A stretch of DNA of 64,000 bases from an uncultured Porphyromonas sp. (GTDB taxonomy: Bacteria > Bacteroidota > Bacteroidia > Bacteroidales > Porphyromonadaceae). The position numbers and the translations under genes were made by a program. The stretch spans positions 16,682-80,681 of the forward strand of contig NZ_CABUAN010000006.1 in assembly GCF_902489635.1 (NCBI RefSeq), read 5' to 3'. Each line of letters begins with the position of its first letter. The stretch's first letter is position 1. The notes under the pieces are model-generated. The model was given only the letters and a program-made list of their open reading frames with translations, was not told where the DNA came from and searched no databases. Positions 37,586-48,147 of the stretch are shown here, piece by piece.

Positions 37586-39366
37586 TGCTACGCCTACGCA
37601 CTTCGATACAACGCACCCTCCTGACACTCATCTGTCTCTGTGCCGTCGCCTTCGCAGGCTTAGCACAGCTCACGGTGATCGTACCCCAGCAGGTTGCCGA
37701 GGGAGAGACCTTCCAGTTAGTTTATCGTGCTGCGGGAGCGCACGAGCTAGGTGCTTTCACCGCTCCTCAGATTGCCTCTGGGCTGAAAGTGCTCTACGGA
37801 CCTCAACTCAACGTACTGCACAAGATGAGCGGAGGCGTCTCAAAAGAGTACACCACCATCACCTATACGCTGCAAGCGACTAAGGCGGGCACTTACGCCA
37901 TCAGTGCGGCTCAGCTACGAGTCGGGCAGAAGAGCCTCACGGCCCTATCCAGACGCATACAAGTCGCCAAGGCGCAAGGGCTATCGCAGCAGGCTATCGC
38001 CTCTGGAGAATCACTACAGGTAGCAGACCGAGACATGTATATGCGTGCCGTCGTCTCCTCGCAATCGGTCTACACACAGCAGCCCGTCCTCGTATCGCTC
38101 TACCTCTACTCACGCTATGGCAACCTCGCAGGCGTCGACCGCAAGCCGCCCGAGGTGACTGACTTCGTCACCAAAGAGATCCCGCTACAGCACACCAGCC
38201 TCACCACAGAGCGCGTCGGTGGCAGGCTCATGTACAAGGCACTCATCTGGCAGATCCTCGCCTACCCACAGCGTAGTGGCGAGCTAGTCATCCCCTCCTT
38301 TGAGTATGACTTTCAGGTATCTGTAAATCGGAAGGTGGATAACGAGGAGGATCTCTTTGCCAATAAAGCTATCGCAACGGCTCATAAGAAGTTGCACTCG
38401 CAGCCCTTGAAGTTGACCGTACGACCACTCCCCGAGGGAGCTCCCGAAGGGTTCGATCAGTTGGTCGGCTCCTTCCAGGTCAAGGGTACCCTCTCCGCAC
38501 CCGACCCAACCTACGAGACGGGTCGCGCCATGACCTATAGACTAGACATCACTGGACGGGGCAATGTCTCCCTACTCTTAGCTCCAGAGCTAGGCTTGTC
38601 CGACAAATTTGAAGTGTATGAGCCGCAGCTCATCCGTGACGACCAAAAGGTGCAAAATGGCAATACCGAGGTGCATCGCATCTACGAATATACCATCATA
38701 CCGCACGCCACAGGACAGCAGACGGTGCCTGCCGTCAGCCTCCCCTACTTCGACCCCGCTACAAATAGCTACCGCACCGCCACGACAGCACCTATCCGTA
38801 TAGAGGTAGCGCAAGGCTCTAACGATGTGCCACAAGTGGGCAAAGCAGGAGAGGCAAGCAGCTCACAGCGATATACGCCCTACCCTTACGACGCGCCTGC
38901 TCCGACCATCGTGTGGCATCCCTGGAGTCGTGCCGGATGGGCTTACTGGCTCCTCTACGTGCTCCTGCTTATCGGTGGCGGAGTCGCTTATTGGCTCATA
39001 CGTAGCGATCAACGTCTCCGTGCCGACCATGTCGCTTATCATAAGAAGCGCTCCACGCCCATGGCGGAGCAGCAGATCCAGGCGATACGTCAGCTCATCA
39101 AGGCGGGGCAGCAGTCGGAGGCTACGACCCGACTCTATGCTGCCATAACGCACTATCTACAAGATCACTACGCGCTAGCCACCTCCAGCCTCACACGGCA
39201 GCAGCTAGCGAGTGCACTCAAGCAGCAAGACGTAGCGGAGGCAGAGATCAACGCCTGGCTCTCCCTCCTCTCAGAGATCGAGCTAGCACGCTATGCACCA
39301 CAGCAAGAGGGCGACAGCCTGCCCCGCTGGGTAGACCAGCTAGAGCAACTCATCTCGCAGTCATGA
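37585..39366 (+). CDS. batD: BatD family protein
   Basis: Tandem Ig-like BatD domains, I.G.GN..L, YFDP....Y.T, TM helix, E.ARYAP. Confidence 0.88.
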   Translation: MLRLRTSIQRTLLTLICLCAVAFAGLAQLTVIVPQQVAEGETFQLVYRAAGAHELGAFTAPQIASGLKVLYGPQLNVLHKMSGGVSKEYTTITYTLQATKAGTYAISAAQLRVGQKSLTALSRRIQVAKAQGLSQQAIASGESLQVADRDMYMRAVVSSQSVYTQQPVLVSLYLYSRYGNLAGVDRKPPEVTDFVTKEIPLQHTSLTTERVGGRLMYKALIWQILAYPQRSGELVIPSFEYDFQVSVNRKVDNEEDLFANKAIATAHKKLHSQPLKLTVRPLPEGAPEGFDQLVGSFQVKGTLSAPDPTYETGRAMTYRLDITGRGNVSLLLAPELGLSDKFEVYEPQLIRDDQKVQNGNTEVHRIYEYTIIPHATGQQTVPAVSLPYFDPATNSYRTATTAPIRIEVAQGSNDVPQVGKAGEASSSQRYTPYPYDAPAPTIVWHPWSRAGWAYWLLYVLLLIGGGVAYWLIRSDQRLRADHVAYHKKRSTPMAEQQIQAIRQLIKAGQQSEATTRLYAAITHYLQDHYALATSSLTRQQLASALKQQDVAEAEINAWLSLLSEIELARYAPQQEGDSLPRWVDQLEQLISQS

Positions 39367-39396
39367 TAGCTTCGCACCGAAGCTCGACAAAATACT

Positions 39397-39432
39397 AAGC
39401 CCCCCTCATCACAGACGAGGGGGGCTTCTTTT
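39397..39432 (+). terminator. Intrinsic terminator after batD
   Basis: aagcccccctc...gaggggggctt followed by cttttg. Confidence 0.8.
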
Positions 39433-39691
39433 GTCTCTCAGCTGTTCGGCTAAACGGTTCCTCCCTTGGAACTGAAAAGTTCCAAGAGGGGAACATTTTT
39501 TGGAACTCGTATCTATAACAAGCTCAGCACGATACAAATGCATTCAGACGAGTAGCAAGGTGTATGGACGCACATGATCCGACGGAGCACATCGTCACTC
39601 GGGTGGCTTGCATCTAGTCAACCGTCTCAGATTGTGAATTCTAGCGAAAAGCGGTACCTTTGCTAGCAAATAAATTAGATAGACTAGCATC

Positions 39692-41176
39692 ATGGCTAAA
39701 AAAGAGATCAAAGAACTCACACCACGTGACGAAAACTACTCACAGTGGTATCAAGATATCGTCGTAAAGGCCGGACTGGCTGAGAACTCCTCCGTGCGCG
39801 GCTGTATGGTCATCAAGCCCTACGGCTACGGCATCTGGGAGAAGATGCAGCAAGACCTTGATCGTCGATTTAAGGAGACGGGACACAGCAACGCTTACTT
39901 TCCACTCTTTATCCCTAAGAGCTACCTCAGCCGCGAGGCCGAGCATGTCGAGGGCTTTGCCAAGGAGTGTGCCGTCGTGACGCACTACAGACTGCGTACC
40001 AACGAGGCGGGCGATGGCGTAGAGGTAGACCCCAATGCGAAGCTCGAGGAGGAGCTGATCGTTCGTCCGACGAGTGAGACGATCATCTGGAGTACCTACA
40101 AGAACTGGATCCAGAGCTACCGCGACCTGCCACTACTCTGTAATCAGTGGGCTAACGTAGTGCGCTGGGAGATGCGTACGCGTCTCTTCCTTCGCACGGC
40201 TGAGTTCCTCTGGCAAGAGGGTCACACGGCACATGCTACCCAAGAGGAGGCAATCGCTGAGGCGCGCAAGATGATTGGTGTCTACGAGGACTTCGCCCGT
40301 GAGATGCTGGCACTGCCAGTCATCGTCGGGGTCAAGAGTGAGACCGAGCGCTTCGCCGGAGCTATCGATACCTACACCATCGAGGCTATGATGCAGGATG
40401 GCAAAGCTTTGCAGTCTGGTACTTCGCACTTCCTAGGACAAAACTTCGCCAAGGCGTTTGACGTTACCTTCCTCGATAAGGAAGGCAATCGTGACTACGT
40501 CTGGGCTACCTCGTGGGGCGTATCCACACGTCTCGTCGGTGCGCTCATCATGGCGCACAGCGATGACAACGGGCTGGTTCTGCCGCCACGCATTGCACCT
40601 ATTCAGGTGGTCATCGTGCCGATCTACAAGAGCGAGGAGGAGCTGCAACGTATCCACGAGACAGCCGACAAGATCGTCAGCGAGCTACGTCAGCATGGCG
40701 TATCGGTTCAGATCGATGACAACGACAATAAGAAGCCCGGGTGGAAGTTTGCTGAGTATGAGATGAAGGGTGTCCCCGTACGTCTCGCTCTCGGTATGCG
40801 CGACCTGGAGCATGGCACCGTCGAGGTGGCTCGTCGTGACACGCTCACCAAGGAGACCATGCCGTTAGAGGGCATCTCCGCACATATTGAGCAGCTACTC
40901 GAGGAGATCCAGAGCAATCTCTACAACCGCTCGCTCCAGTCACTCAAGGATCGCACCTACATCTGCGACAGCTACGATGAATTCAAGGAGCGCATCGAGG
41001 ATGGTGGCTTCTTCCTCTGCCACTGGGACGGCACAGCCGAGACGGAGGCACGTATCAAGGAGGAGACCAAAGCGACGATCCGCTGCATACCGCGTGACAT
41101 ACCCTCGGAGCCTGGTCGCTGTATGGTGACTGGTCGCCCCTCTAAGTGCAGAGTCATCATCGCTCGCTCTTACTAA
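39692..41176 (+). CDS. proS: Proline--tRNA ligase (archaeal/eukaryotic-like type usual in Bacteroidetes)
   Basis: [51 protein letters not shown]-terminal ARSY; TACCTTTG box at 39655. Confidence 0.97.
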   Translation: MAKKEIKELTPRDENYSQWYQDIVVKAGLAENSSVRGCMVIKPYGYGIWEKMQQDLDRRFKETGHSNAYFPLFIPKSYLSREAEHVEGFAKECAVVTHYRLRTNEAGDGVEVDPNAKLEEELIVRPTSETIIWSTYKNWIQSYRDLPLLCNQWANVVRWEMRTRLFLRTAEFLWQEGHTAHATQEEAIAEARKMIGVYEDFAREMLALPVIVGVKSETERFAGAIDTYTIEAMMQDGKALQSGTSHFLGQNFAKAFDVTFLDKEGNRDYVWATSWGVSTRLVGALIMAHSDDNGLVLPPRIAPIQVVIVPIYKSEEELQRIHETADKIVSELRQHGVSVQIDDNDNKKPGWKFAEYEMKGVPVRLALGMRDLEHGTVEVARRDTLTKETMPLEGISAHIEQLLEEIQSNLYNRSLQSLKDRTYICDSYDEFKERIEDGGFFLCHWDGTAETEARIKEETKATIRCIPRDIPSEPGRCMVTGRPSKCRVIIARSY

Positions 41177-41187
41177 GACATAAGACA

Positions 41188-41847
41188 ATGAAAATGCGCA
41201 ATTCACTGATCGCACACTCAGGCGGTGTGGATAGCACGACGCTCCTCTACGAGTATCGTGAGGAGGTGGCTTGTGCCGTGGGCTTCGACTACGGCTCCAA
41301 GCACAATGCGCGTGAGCTGGCCGCTGCCAAGGCTATCTGCCGTGAGCTAGAGATACCCTACCTGATCATCCCGCTCGCCTTCATCGAGGAGTACTTTCGC
41401 AGTGACCTCCTCCTCTCGGGTGGCGAGATGCAGCTGGGGGACTATTCTGAGGAGAATATAAGCTCGACGGTGGTACCCTTTCGCAATGGCATCATGCTGA
41501 GCGTCCTCGCGGGGTTGGCCGAGAGCCGAAACTTGCAGCAGGTGCTCATAGCCAACCACTTCGGCGACCACGCCATCTACCCAGACTGTCGTGAGAGTTT
41601 TGTCAAGCCTATGGGCGAGGCGATCACGGCTGGCACCAGCAATGGGGTCAAGTTGGTGGCGCCCTACACGACTCTCACGAAAGCTGAGATCGTAGCTCGG
41701 GGCACTCGTCTTGGAGTGCCTTACGGCAAAACGTACAGTTGCTATCAAGGGGGCGAGCGTCACTGCGGACGCTGCGGCACTTGTCGGGAGCGTCACGATG
41801 CTTTTGTCGCAAACGGACTAGAGGACCCGACGCTTTACGAGGAGTAA
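41188..41847 (+). CDS. queC: 7-cyano-7-deazaguanine synthase
   Basis: SGGVDS, FDYG.KH..E, VPFRN, YPDCR, SCY....HCG.CGTC.ER. Confidence 0.93.
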   Translation: MKMRNSLIAHSGGVDSTTLLYEYREEVACAVGFDYGSKHNARELAAAKAICRELEIPYLIIPLAFIEEYFRSDLLLSGGEMQLGDYSEENISSTVVPFRNGIMLSVLAGLAESRNLQQVLIANHFGDHAIYPDCRESFVKPMGEAITAGTSNGVKLVAPYTTLTKAEIVARGTRLGVPYGKTYSCYQGGERHCGRCGTCRERHDAFVANGLEDPTLYEE

Positions 41848-41855
41848 GTGGTGGT

Positions 41856-43211
41856 ATGCTCGTCATCCCAGAAGCTTTCGATCAGAACAATGCCGAGCAG
41901 ATGTCTGCCCTGCAGTGCCTCGAGCAGACCTCTATGAGTCTCTTCCTGACGGGTAGTGCGGGAACGGGCAAGTCCTACTTCCTGCAGCACTACTGCGAGG
42001 TGACTCACAAGAAGTTTGTCAAGCTTGCCCCGACGGGGCTCGCTGCGCTCAACATCCATGGGCAGACGATCCACAGCTTCTTCCGGCTACCGCTAGCACC
42101 GCTGACAGATCCCAACCACACCTCCGCCATCACACGCCGCTATCGTAAGGACAAGCGGGAGCTCATCCGTCAGCTCGACCTGATCATCATCGACGAGATA
42201 TCGATGGTGCGATGCGACCTGCTCGATGCGATGGATCGTATCCTGCGCAGTGTGAGGCACAGCCGAGTACCCTTTGGGGGTGTGCAGCTCCTCATGGTGG
42301 GCGACCCATTTCAGCTACCGCCAGTCACGACAGCCTCCGATCAGGAGGAGATGCAGCGCGCTTACCCTGAGAGTGACGGCTTTTACTTCTTTGAGGCGCA
42401 CGCCTACGCTGCACTGGCACCTATCTCCATAGTCCTACGTCGCATGTATCGCCAGAGCGATCAGCACTTCGTCTCCGCACTTGAGGAGATCCGTCTAGGA
42501 CGTGTCAGCGATGACACGGTCGCCCTGCTCAATAGCCGCGTCTCCCCACAGTGGCAGGAAGAGCTACTCCAGAGCGACCAGCATGCGGTGCTACTCTTCT
42601 CTCACAGAGCCAATGTGGAGACGTACAACCAGTCTCGCTGCGCCCAGCTTGATGCCAAAGAGGTAACCTTCCGCGGCAAACTCAAGGGCAAGATCCCCGC
42701 CTCTGCGCTGCCCGTCCCCGAAGAATTTTCGCTCAAGGTGGGGACTCAGGTGATGCTCGTGAGCAACCACCCCGACGGAGCGTGGGTCAATGGCACGACG
42801 GGCGTCATCACGAAGCTCGTCGGCGGAACTATTGGCGACATCACGGAGCCTTATGCCAAGGTGAAGACGCCCGATGGCGAGACTATCATCGTCACGCCAC
42901 ACACCTGGTCGCAGGTGGACTACGACTACGACGAGGAGAAGGGAGAGATCGTCGAGCGACAGACTGGCTCCTACACGCAGCTACCGCTCATCGTCGCTTA
43001 CTCCATCACGGTACACAAAGCGCAGGGGCAAACGTGCGACCAGATTGTGGTCGACCCAAGTCGCTTCTTCGCCCCAGGACAAGGGTACGTTGCCCTCAGT
43101 CGCTGTCGCACGCTCGAGGGTTTGACGCTCACGCAGCCGCTCAAGCCGTACAACCTACGCACTGCCCCTTCGGTACTACAGTTCTACCGAAAGATCCTTT
43201 CGCACGTCTAG
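41856..43211 (+). CDS. Pif1/RecD-like SF1B DNA helicase
   Basis: FLTGSAGTGKS, APTG.AA, G.TIHSFF, IDEISM, PFGGVQL..VGD..QLPPV, TVHKAQG.T, GQGYVALSR. Confidence 0.92.
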   Translation: MLVIPEAFDQNNAEQMSALQCLEQTSMSLFLTGSAGTGKSYFLQHYCEVTHKKFVKLAPTGLAALNIHGQTIHSFFRLPLAPLTDPNHTSAITRRYRKDKRELIRQLDLIIIDEISMVRCDLLDAMDRILRSVRHSRVPFGGVQLLMVGDPFQLPPVTTASDQEEMQRAYPESDGFYFFEAHAYAALAPISIVLRRMYRQSDQHFVSALEEIRLGRVSDDTVALLNSRVSPQWQEELLQSDQHAVLLFSHRANVETYNQSRCAQLDAKEVTFRGKLKGKIPASALPVPEEFSLKVGTQVMLVSNHPDGAWVNGTTGVITKLVGGTIGDITEPYAKVKTPDGETIIVTPHTWSQVDYDYDEEKGEIVERQTGSYTQLPLIVAYSITVHKAQGQTCDQIVVDPSRFFAPGQGYVALSRCRTLEGLTLTQPLKPYNLRTAPSVLQFYRKILSHV

Positions 43212-43240
43212 CCCAAAGACTAAAGAAGCAATCCTATATT

Positions 43241-44710
43241 CTAAGGCTTGCTCTTGGCAAGTCTTTGTCGATCCAGACGAGCGGTGTGATCGTAAGGCAG
43301 CGACACATTGTTATCCGACTCTGAGGTGTCGTATAGAGCCGTCTCAAAAAGCTCTATCTGCTGAGTTAGCGATGGTACCAATCCCTGGATCAGCCCCTTC
43401 GTCTGATCAAAGAGATCACCCGGATATGGCTCCGTCATCCTTGCCGTACTATCTGGATTGTGATGCAGGCCCCGCTCGTCACCTTGCAGGTGATTTGCAT
43501 AGATCTCCATAAATAGAGGCTTTAGCTCTGGTATCGCCTGATCAATCACACCCTTATAAGGAGCTATAACCGAGGCACTATCCTGACTCTCTAGATGCTC
43601 CGTGAGGAAGCGTACCAGATCATTTATCCCAAGCTCTAGGTGCTGATAAGCGTAGTCCTGTAAAGAGATCGTTCCTTCTGAAGCGATCTGAGAGGGCATC
43701 GCTAAGGCGATCTGACGAGAGGATATACGTAGCTCTGTCGGGGTGACCTCAACCAAACGATATGGACAGGGGTATGTGACTGTGGATCCAGTCTCTATGT
43801 CATGTATGACGCTCTGGTTGTAGCTCTTGGCTGCGATGTCCTGAGCATGAAAGTGTCCCGTGAAGACATACTGCAGACCAGCCTCGGCGAGTCGCTCTGC
43901 GATGCGATCATAATCCTGTATCAGATACTCCTTAGCCAGTAGCGACTGCCCCGGGAAGTGCTCTACGATACCATGATGCATCATCGCTATGACCTGCTTG
44001 CCCTGAGCATTGGCTTGTCGCACTTGATCCTCGATCCACTGGATGCGTTCCTCATCGAGACGGCCAGCCGTCGTGGGGTAGTTATTGGCGATATTGTCAT
44101 CGTACTGACAAGCATCGATGCCGATGACGCGTAGCCCTGGGAGCGGCTCCGACACGTAGCAGAGCGCCGGTCCTCTCGAGATACTTGAGGAGGCGTCATA
44201 CCCGTATGGTGCCATAATCTGAACAAACTGATCGGGAGTGACATGCTCCGTAGCAGTCGTATGATCTCCTAGGTAGATCTGAGCAAGGGGGTTGTTAATG
44301 TCATGATTCCCAGGCACGACGAGTACCTTGATACCCGCCTCTGTGAGTCGATCTAGCCGCTGCGTGAGGTAGCGATAGCTAGCCAGCTCACCATCCTTCG
44401 TGAGGTCTCCACAGATGAGGAAGAGATCAGGACGTATCTCTAGAGCTTCCTTGATTAACTGATCAAAGATCTGCACACTCTCGAGGAGCAGCTTACGATC
44501 GCTACGTAATGTCTCCTCAAAGGCAGGGCCCTCCTGAACGACTAGCTCAGGAGCCATAATGTGTGGATCGCTACAGACGAGGAGCGTGTACTGCGACTTC
44601 ACACTGAGCGGGGGACGCTCAGCCCACCCCTCTAGCGGGAGGGCTAGCAAGATGATGGCGCTAATGAGTAGCGAGGCAAGTCGTGTGAGGGATTGTGTTT
44701 TTTGCTTCAT
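43241..44710 (-). CDS. Exported calcineurin-like metallophosphoesterase
   Basis: Signal peptide; SDPH, GDLT, PGNHD, MHH, GHFH motifs; TACCTTTG box at 44750-44757 (minus strand). Confidence 0.9.
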   Translation of the reverse strand: MKQKTQSLTRLASLLISAIILLALPLEGWAERPPLSVKSQYTLLVCSDPHIMAPELVVQEGPAFEETLRSDRKLLLESVQIFDQLIKEALEIRPDLFLICGDLTKDGELASYRYLTQRLDRLTEAGIKVLVVPGNHDINNPLAQIYLGDHTTATEHVTPDQFVQIMAPYGYDASSSISRGPALCYVSEPLPGLRVIGIDACQYDDNIANNYPTTAGRLDEERIQWIEDQVRQANAQGKQVIAMMHHGIVEHFPGQSLLAKEYLIQDYDRIAERLAEAGLQYVFTGHFHAQDIAAKSYNQSVIHDIETGSTVTYPCPYRLVEVTPTELRISSRQIALAMPSQIASEGTISLQDYAYQHLELGINDLVRFLTEHLESQDSASVIAPYKGVIDQAIPELKPLFMEIYANHLQGDERGLHHNPDSTARMTEPYPGDLFDQTKGLIQGLVPSLTQQIELFETALYDTSESDNNVSLPYDHTARLDRQRLAKSKP

Positions 44711-44828
44711 AGTCGATTACGATATATTGCGTTTCCTAGATTGTCTACGCAAAGGTATCGTCTGTCGATTGCCCCTTCGTTGTCTTTTTGCTACCAATAG
44801 GTTATCATAAGAAGATCTGAATAACAGC

Positions 44829-44868
44829 AGAGGACTCAATCGCCCCGATTCAGCGATTGAGTCCTCTC
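44829..44868. terminator. Hairpin downstream of the phosphorylase gene
   Basis: agaggactcaatcgc / gcgattgagtcctct perfect stem. Confidence 0.65.
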
Positions 44869-44881
44869 ATTATTTATAGTT

Positions 44882-44926
44882 GCTAACAGCCAACAGCCAA
44901 AGGCTAAAGGCTAACAGCCAAAGGCC
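44882..44926 (-). repeat. (TGGCTGT/TAGCCTT)-type heptamer run
   Basis: gctaacagccaacagccaaaggctaaaggctaacagccaaaggcc; same family as 26755 and 27990 on the reverse strand. Confidence 0.8.
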
Positions 44927-44931
44927 ATCAC

Positions 44932-47505
44932 TCAGAAGGAGATCCAGCGGACGTAAGCGAAGTCCATCAGATGAGGCAGCTCCGGCAGATAGGGGCGCAG
45001 ACGCACCGCTATCTGATATTTGCCTGGCTGAGCCGACGGCACCGTCAGCTCATAGGTGCGGATCGTCCCCAAGCGTGGCATCACCTCGTGGAAGAGATCC
45101 TTGCCCACATACTGCACCTGGCCCGTCAGCTCGTTCCGCGTCGTGACAATCAGCTCGGCAACGATATCGGCATCGACTTGCCCCGCATCGATCGTCACCT
45201 TAAAGGTCGGATCGCTAGGCTGGCCGTCGTAGTTGGGCTCTCGCATGACACCCTCAAAAGTCGCCTCCTGCACGGTGATCGTATCCCACGTGGCAGCGAC
45301 CTGTTGCTTCCAAGCCACGATATCACGAGCCTGCTGATAGCCCTGATGCTCTAGAAGCTCGGAGCGTACAGCCAGCTTATTGTAGAGGCGCTCGTAGTAG
45401 TCGTCCAGCATGCGACGCATCGTAAAGTGTGGCGCGATGTAGAGCATCGAGCGCTTGATATGGTCTACCCAGCGATCCGAGCAACCAGCGGGCATGTCGG
45501 CATAGTAAGCGGGTACGATCTCCTGCTCTATGAGGTGGTAGATCGTCATCGCATCGAGCTGATCCTGCAGATGCTGATCAATGTAGGTAGACTCTGCCGA
45601 GAGTGCCCAGCCGGCACCCTCCTTGTACCCTTCGTACCACCAGCCGTCCAGCACGGAGAGATTGAGGACTCCGTTCATCTCTGCCTTTTCGCCAGAAGTA
45701 CCAGAGGCCTCCATGAGGCGTGTCGGGTTGTTGAGCCATACATCGACGCCCGGGATAAGCGTCTTGGCAAGTGCTATGTCGTAGTCGGGCAGGAAGATGA
45801 TCTTACCGACAAACTGCGGCATGCGACTCACCTCTATGATACGCTTGATGAGCGCCTGACCACCCCCATCAGCGGGGTGCGCCTTGCCCGCAAAGATAAA
45901 GCGAACGGGACGCTCTTTGTTGTCCAGGATCTTAGCCAAAGCCTCTAGATCCTCAAAGAGCAGGTGAGCACGCTTATAAGTAGCGAAGCGTCGTGAGAAG
46001 CCTATGTAAAGGGCCCGCTCCTCTAGTTCGTCGAGCGTTGCCTTAGCCAGCTGTGGCGGAAGTCCTATCTCTCCGTGAGTCTCTATGATCGTGCTCTGTA
46101 TGTGCTGTATCAGTCGTCTCTTGAGTCGCTGGCGTATCTGACGTATCTCCTCGCTCGGCACGCTCATGATCTTAGACCACATCTCCTCTTGAGACTGATG
46201 GCTTAGATAGTCTGCGCCGAAGTGACGGACGAAGAACTGCTGCCACTCAGGCGCTGCCCAGGTAGGCAAATGCACCCCATTCGTTACATAAGTGACATGG
46301 CTCTCCTCAGGGAAGAAGCCCTCCCACACGGGAGCAAACATACGCTTCGACACATCGCCATGGAGCTTGCTCACACCATTGGCTTCCTGTGAAGTATGTA
46401 GTGCTAGGACGCTCATAGAGAACTTACCGCCGCTCCCGTGGCTATCCTTACCCAGCTGGATAAACTCATCACGAGAGATACCCAGACGACTATAGAAGGG
46501 TGTAAAGTAACGATCGATCAAAGCATCCTCAAAGTAGTCATGCCCTGCTGGCACAGGCGTATGCACCGTATAGAGCGAAGAGGCGCGTACCACCTCCAGT
46601 GCTACATCAAAGGGCAAGCCCCTATCCTCCACCAGATTGACCAGTCGCTCCACGTTCATAAAGGCCGCATGCCCCTCGTTCATGTGATACACATCGCACG
46701 TGATGCCGAGCTGCTTGAGGAGCATCGTACCACCGATGCCTAGAAGGTACTCCTGACGGAGTCGATTCTCCCAGTCGCCACCATAGAGGCTGTGGGTGAT
46801 GCTTTTGGCCAAATCGCCATTCTCAGGCACATCGGTGTCCAGCAGATAGAGCGACACGCGACCTACCGGCACGCGCCACACCTGACAAACGACAGGCAGT
46901 GAAGCCATCTCTAGATGTAGCGTCAGTCGCTCGCCATGCTCGTTGAGGACTGGCTCGAGGGGCAGGTTGTGAAAGTTTTGCGGCACATAGTGCGCCACCT
47001 GATTGCCACTCGGGTCAAGACTCTGCGTGAAGTAGCCGTAGCGGTAGAGAAGGCCTACGGCGGTGAGCCGGACGTTGCTGTCGCTCGCCTCCTTGACATA
47101 GTCCCCCGCGAGGATGCCTAGACCACCCGAGTAGATGTGGAGCGTGTTGCTAATGCCGTACTCCATGCAGAAGTAAGCGACCGAGGGACGCGTCTCATCG
47201 GGACGCTCCTGCAGATAAGCCTGCAACTCATCGTACAGCACCTGTACCTCTGCGAGGAAGGCGCGATCTTGACAAAGCTCCGCGATGCGCTCAGCACCTA
47301 AGAGGTGCAGCATCCAGCGAGGATTGCCATCGGTCTGCGCCCACAGCTCGGGGTCGATAGACTGAAAGAGGCGTATCGCCCGTGGCTGCCAAGACCACCA
47401 TAAGTTCATCGTCAGGTCCTTGAGCGATTGTAGCTCTGCGGGAAGGTTAGACTGGCTGTATATCTCTGTCCACTGCGGTGGATTACTCTTGTATTGTGGT
47501 ATCAT
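44932..47505 (-). CDS. glgP: Alpha-glucan (glycogen/maltodextrin) phosphorylase
   Basis: NLWWSW, YSGGLGILAGD, HMNEGH, RRFATYKR, AGKAHP, EASGTSGEK PLP site. Confidence 0.95.
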   Translation of the reverse strand: MIPQYKSNPPQWTEIYSQSNLPAELQSLKDLTMNLWWSWQPRAIRLFQSIDPELWAQTDGNPRWMLHLLGAERIAELCQDRAFLAEVQVLYDELQAYLQERPDETRPSVAYFCMEYGISNTLHIYSGGLGILAGDYVKEASDSNVRLTAVGLLYRYGYFTQSLDPSGNQVAHYVPQNFHNLPLEPVLNEHGERLTLHLEMASLPVVCQVWRVPVGRVSLYLLDTDVPENGDLAKSITHSLYGGDWENRLRQEYLLGIGGTMLLKQLGITCDVYHMNEGHAAFMNVERLVNLVEDRGLPFDVALEVVRASSLYTVHTPVPAGHDYFEDALIDRYFTPFYSRLGISRDEFIQLGKDSHGSGGKFSMSVLALHTSQEANGVSKLHGDVSKRMFAPVWEGFFPEESHVTYVTNGVHLPTWAAPEWQQFFVRHFGADYLSHQSQEEMWSKIMSVPSEEIRQIRQRLKRRLIQHIQSTIIETHGEIGLPPQLAKATLDELEERALYIGFSRRFATYKRAHLLFEDLEALAKILDNKERPVRFIFAGKAHPADGGGQALIKRIIEVSRMPQFVGKIIFLPDYDIALAKTLIPGVDVWLNNPTRLMEASGTSGEKAEMNGVLNLSVLDGWWYEGYKEGAGWALSAESTYIDQHLQDQLDAMTIYHLIEQEIVPAYYADMPAGCSDRWVDHIKRSMLYIAPHFTMRRMLDDYYERLYNKLAVRSELLEHQGYQQARDIVAWKQQVAATWDTITVQEATFEGVMREPNYDGQPSDPTFKVTIDAGQVDADIVAELIVTTRNELTGQVQYVGKDLFHEVMPRLGTIRTYELTVPSAQPGKYQIAVRLRPYLPELPHLMDFAYVRWISF

Positions 47506-47640
47506 TTGCGTCTGTTCTATAGATCTGTCTAGCTAAAGACACTGCGAAGGTACGACTATTTCGTGCAATGGCTGTTACGTCACGCCCTCCAGAATGTTTT
47601 CACCGTTGGAAATTGCATTAGTGGGTGGAATGTACGTCGC

Positions 47641-47935
47641 TACAATAATTTAGAGCCTATTACATATCGAGGCGGCGCCGTGTCGGGGAAAAGTGATTTC
47701 CACGTGGATATTCCAAAATCTCCACGTGGAGAATAAAAAATTCTTCGGAGGAATGAAATGAAACTTCGGAGGAATCAAATGAAACTTCGGAAGAATCAAA
47801 ACGCCCCCACGTGGAAAAAGAAAAATATCCACGTGGAGATTTGAGATTTCCCACGTGGATATTCGAGAAAGGAGGGAATCGGACGAATTTTCCCGTAAAG
47901 ATATGTAAATAGAGGATAGAGATTAGGGATTAGAG
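47641..47935 (-). repeat. CCACGTGG/21-bp element copy 4 plus short heptamer run
   Basis: TTACATATC (47660) and GATATGTAA (47908); octamers at 47700, 47722, 47807, 47829, 47851; three 21-bp units. Confidence 0.9.
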
Positions 47936-47940
47936 GGCAG

Positions 47941-47964
47941 AGCGATTATGATGCGTCAGCCCTG
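47941..47964 (-). mobile_element. Isolated CAGGG-family MITE end
   Basis: Reverse complement cagggctgacgcatcataatcgct matches 4062-4085 with one mismatch. Confidence 0.7.
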
Positions 47965-48147
47965 AGAACGGGATCAACCATTTGTACATTTAGTGGGAAT
48001 AGTGTAACTTGCGGGCGTAAGTACATAAGCTCGCACTAGTGCAGTGCTTTACAACGACTTGCCTTGTGGTATCACTCTCCTGCACTAGGTACAACCATCC
48101 AACAAATGCTCTGAGAATCCACAAACTACAACCTAACCACGATAATT

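Noticed and set aside
39457..39494. Palindrome gttcctcccttggaact..agttccaagaggggaac upstream of proS as a T-box or riboswitch
   Set aside because: It lies upstream of the candidate proS promoter box (39655), has no T-box motif, and is single copy here.
41188..41847. QueC as part of a Qat or Dpd defence system
   Set aside because: Canonical length and motifs, host-like composition, next to proS; no qatA/B/D or dpd genes nearby.
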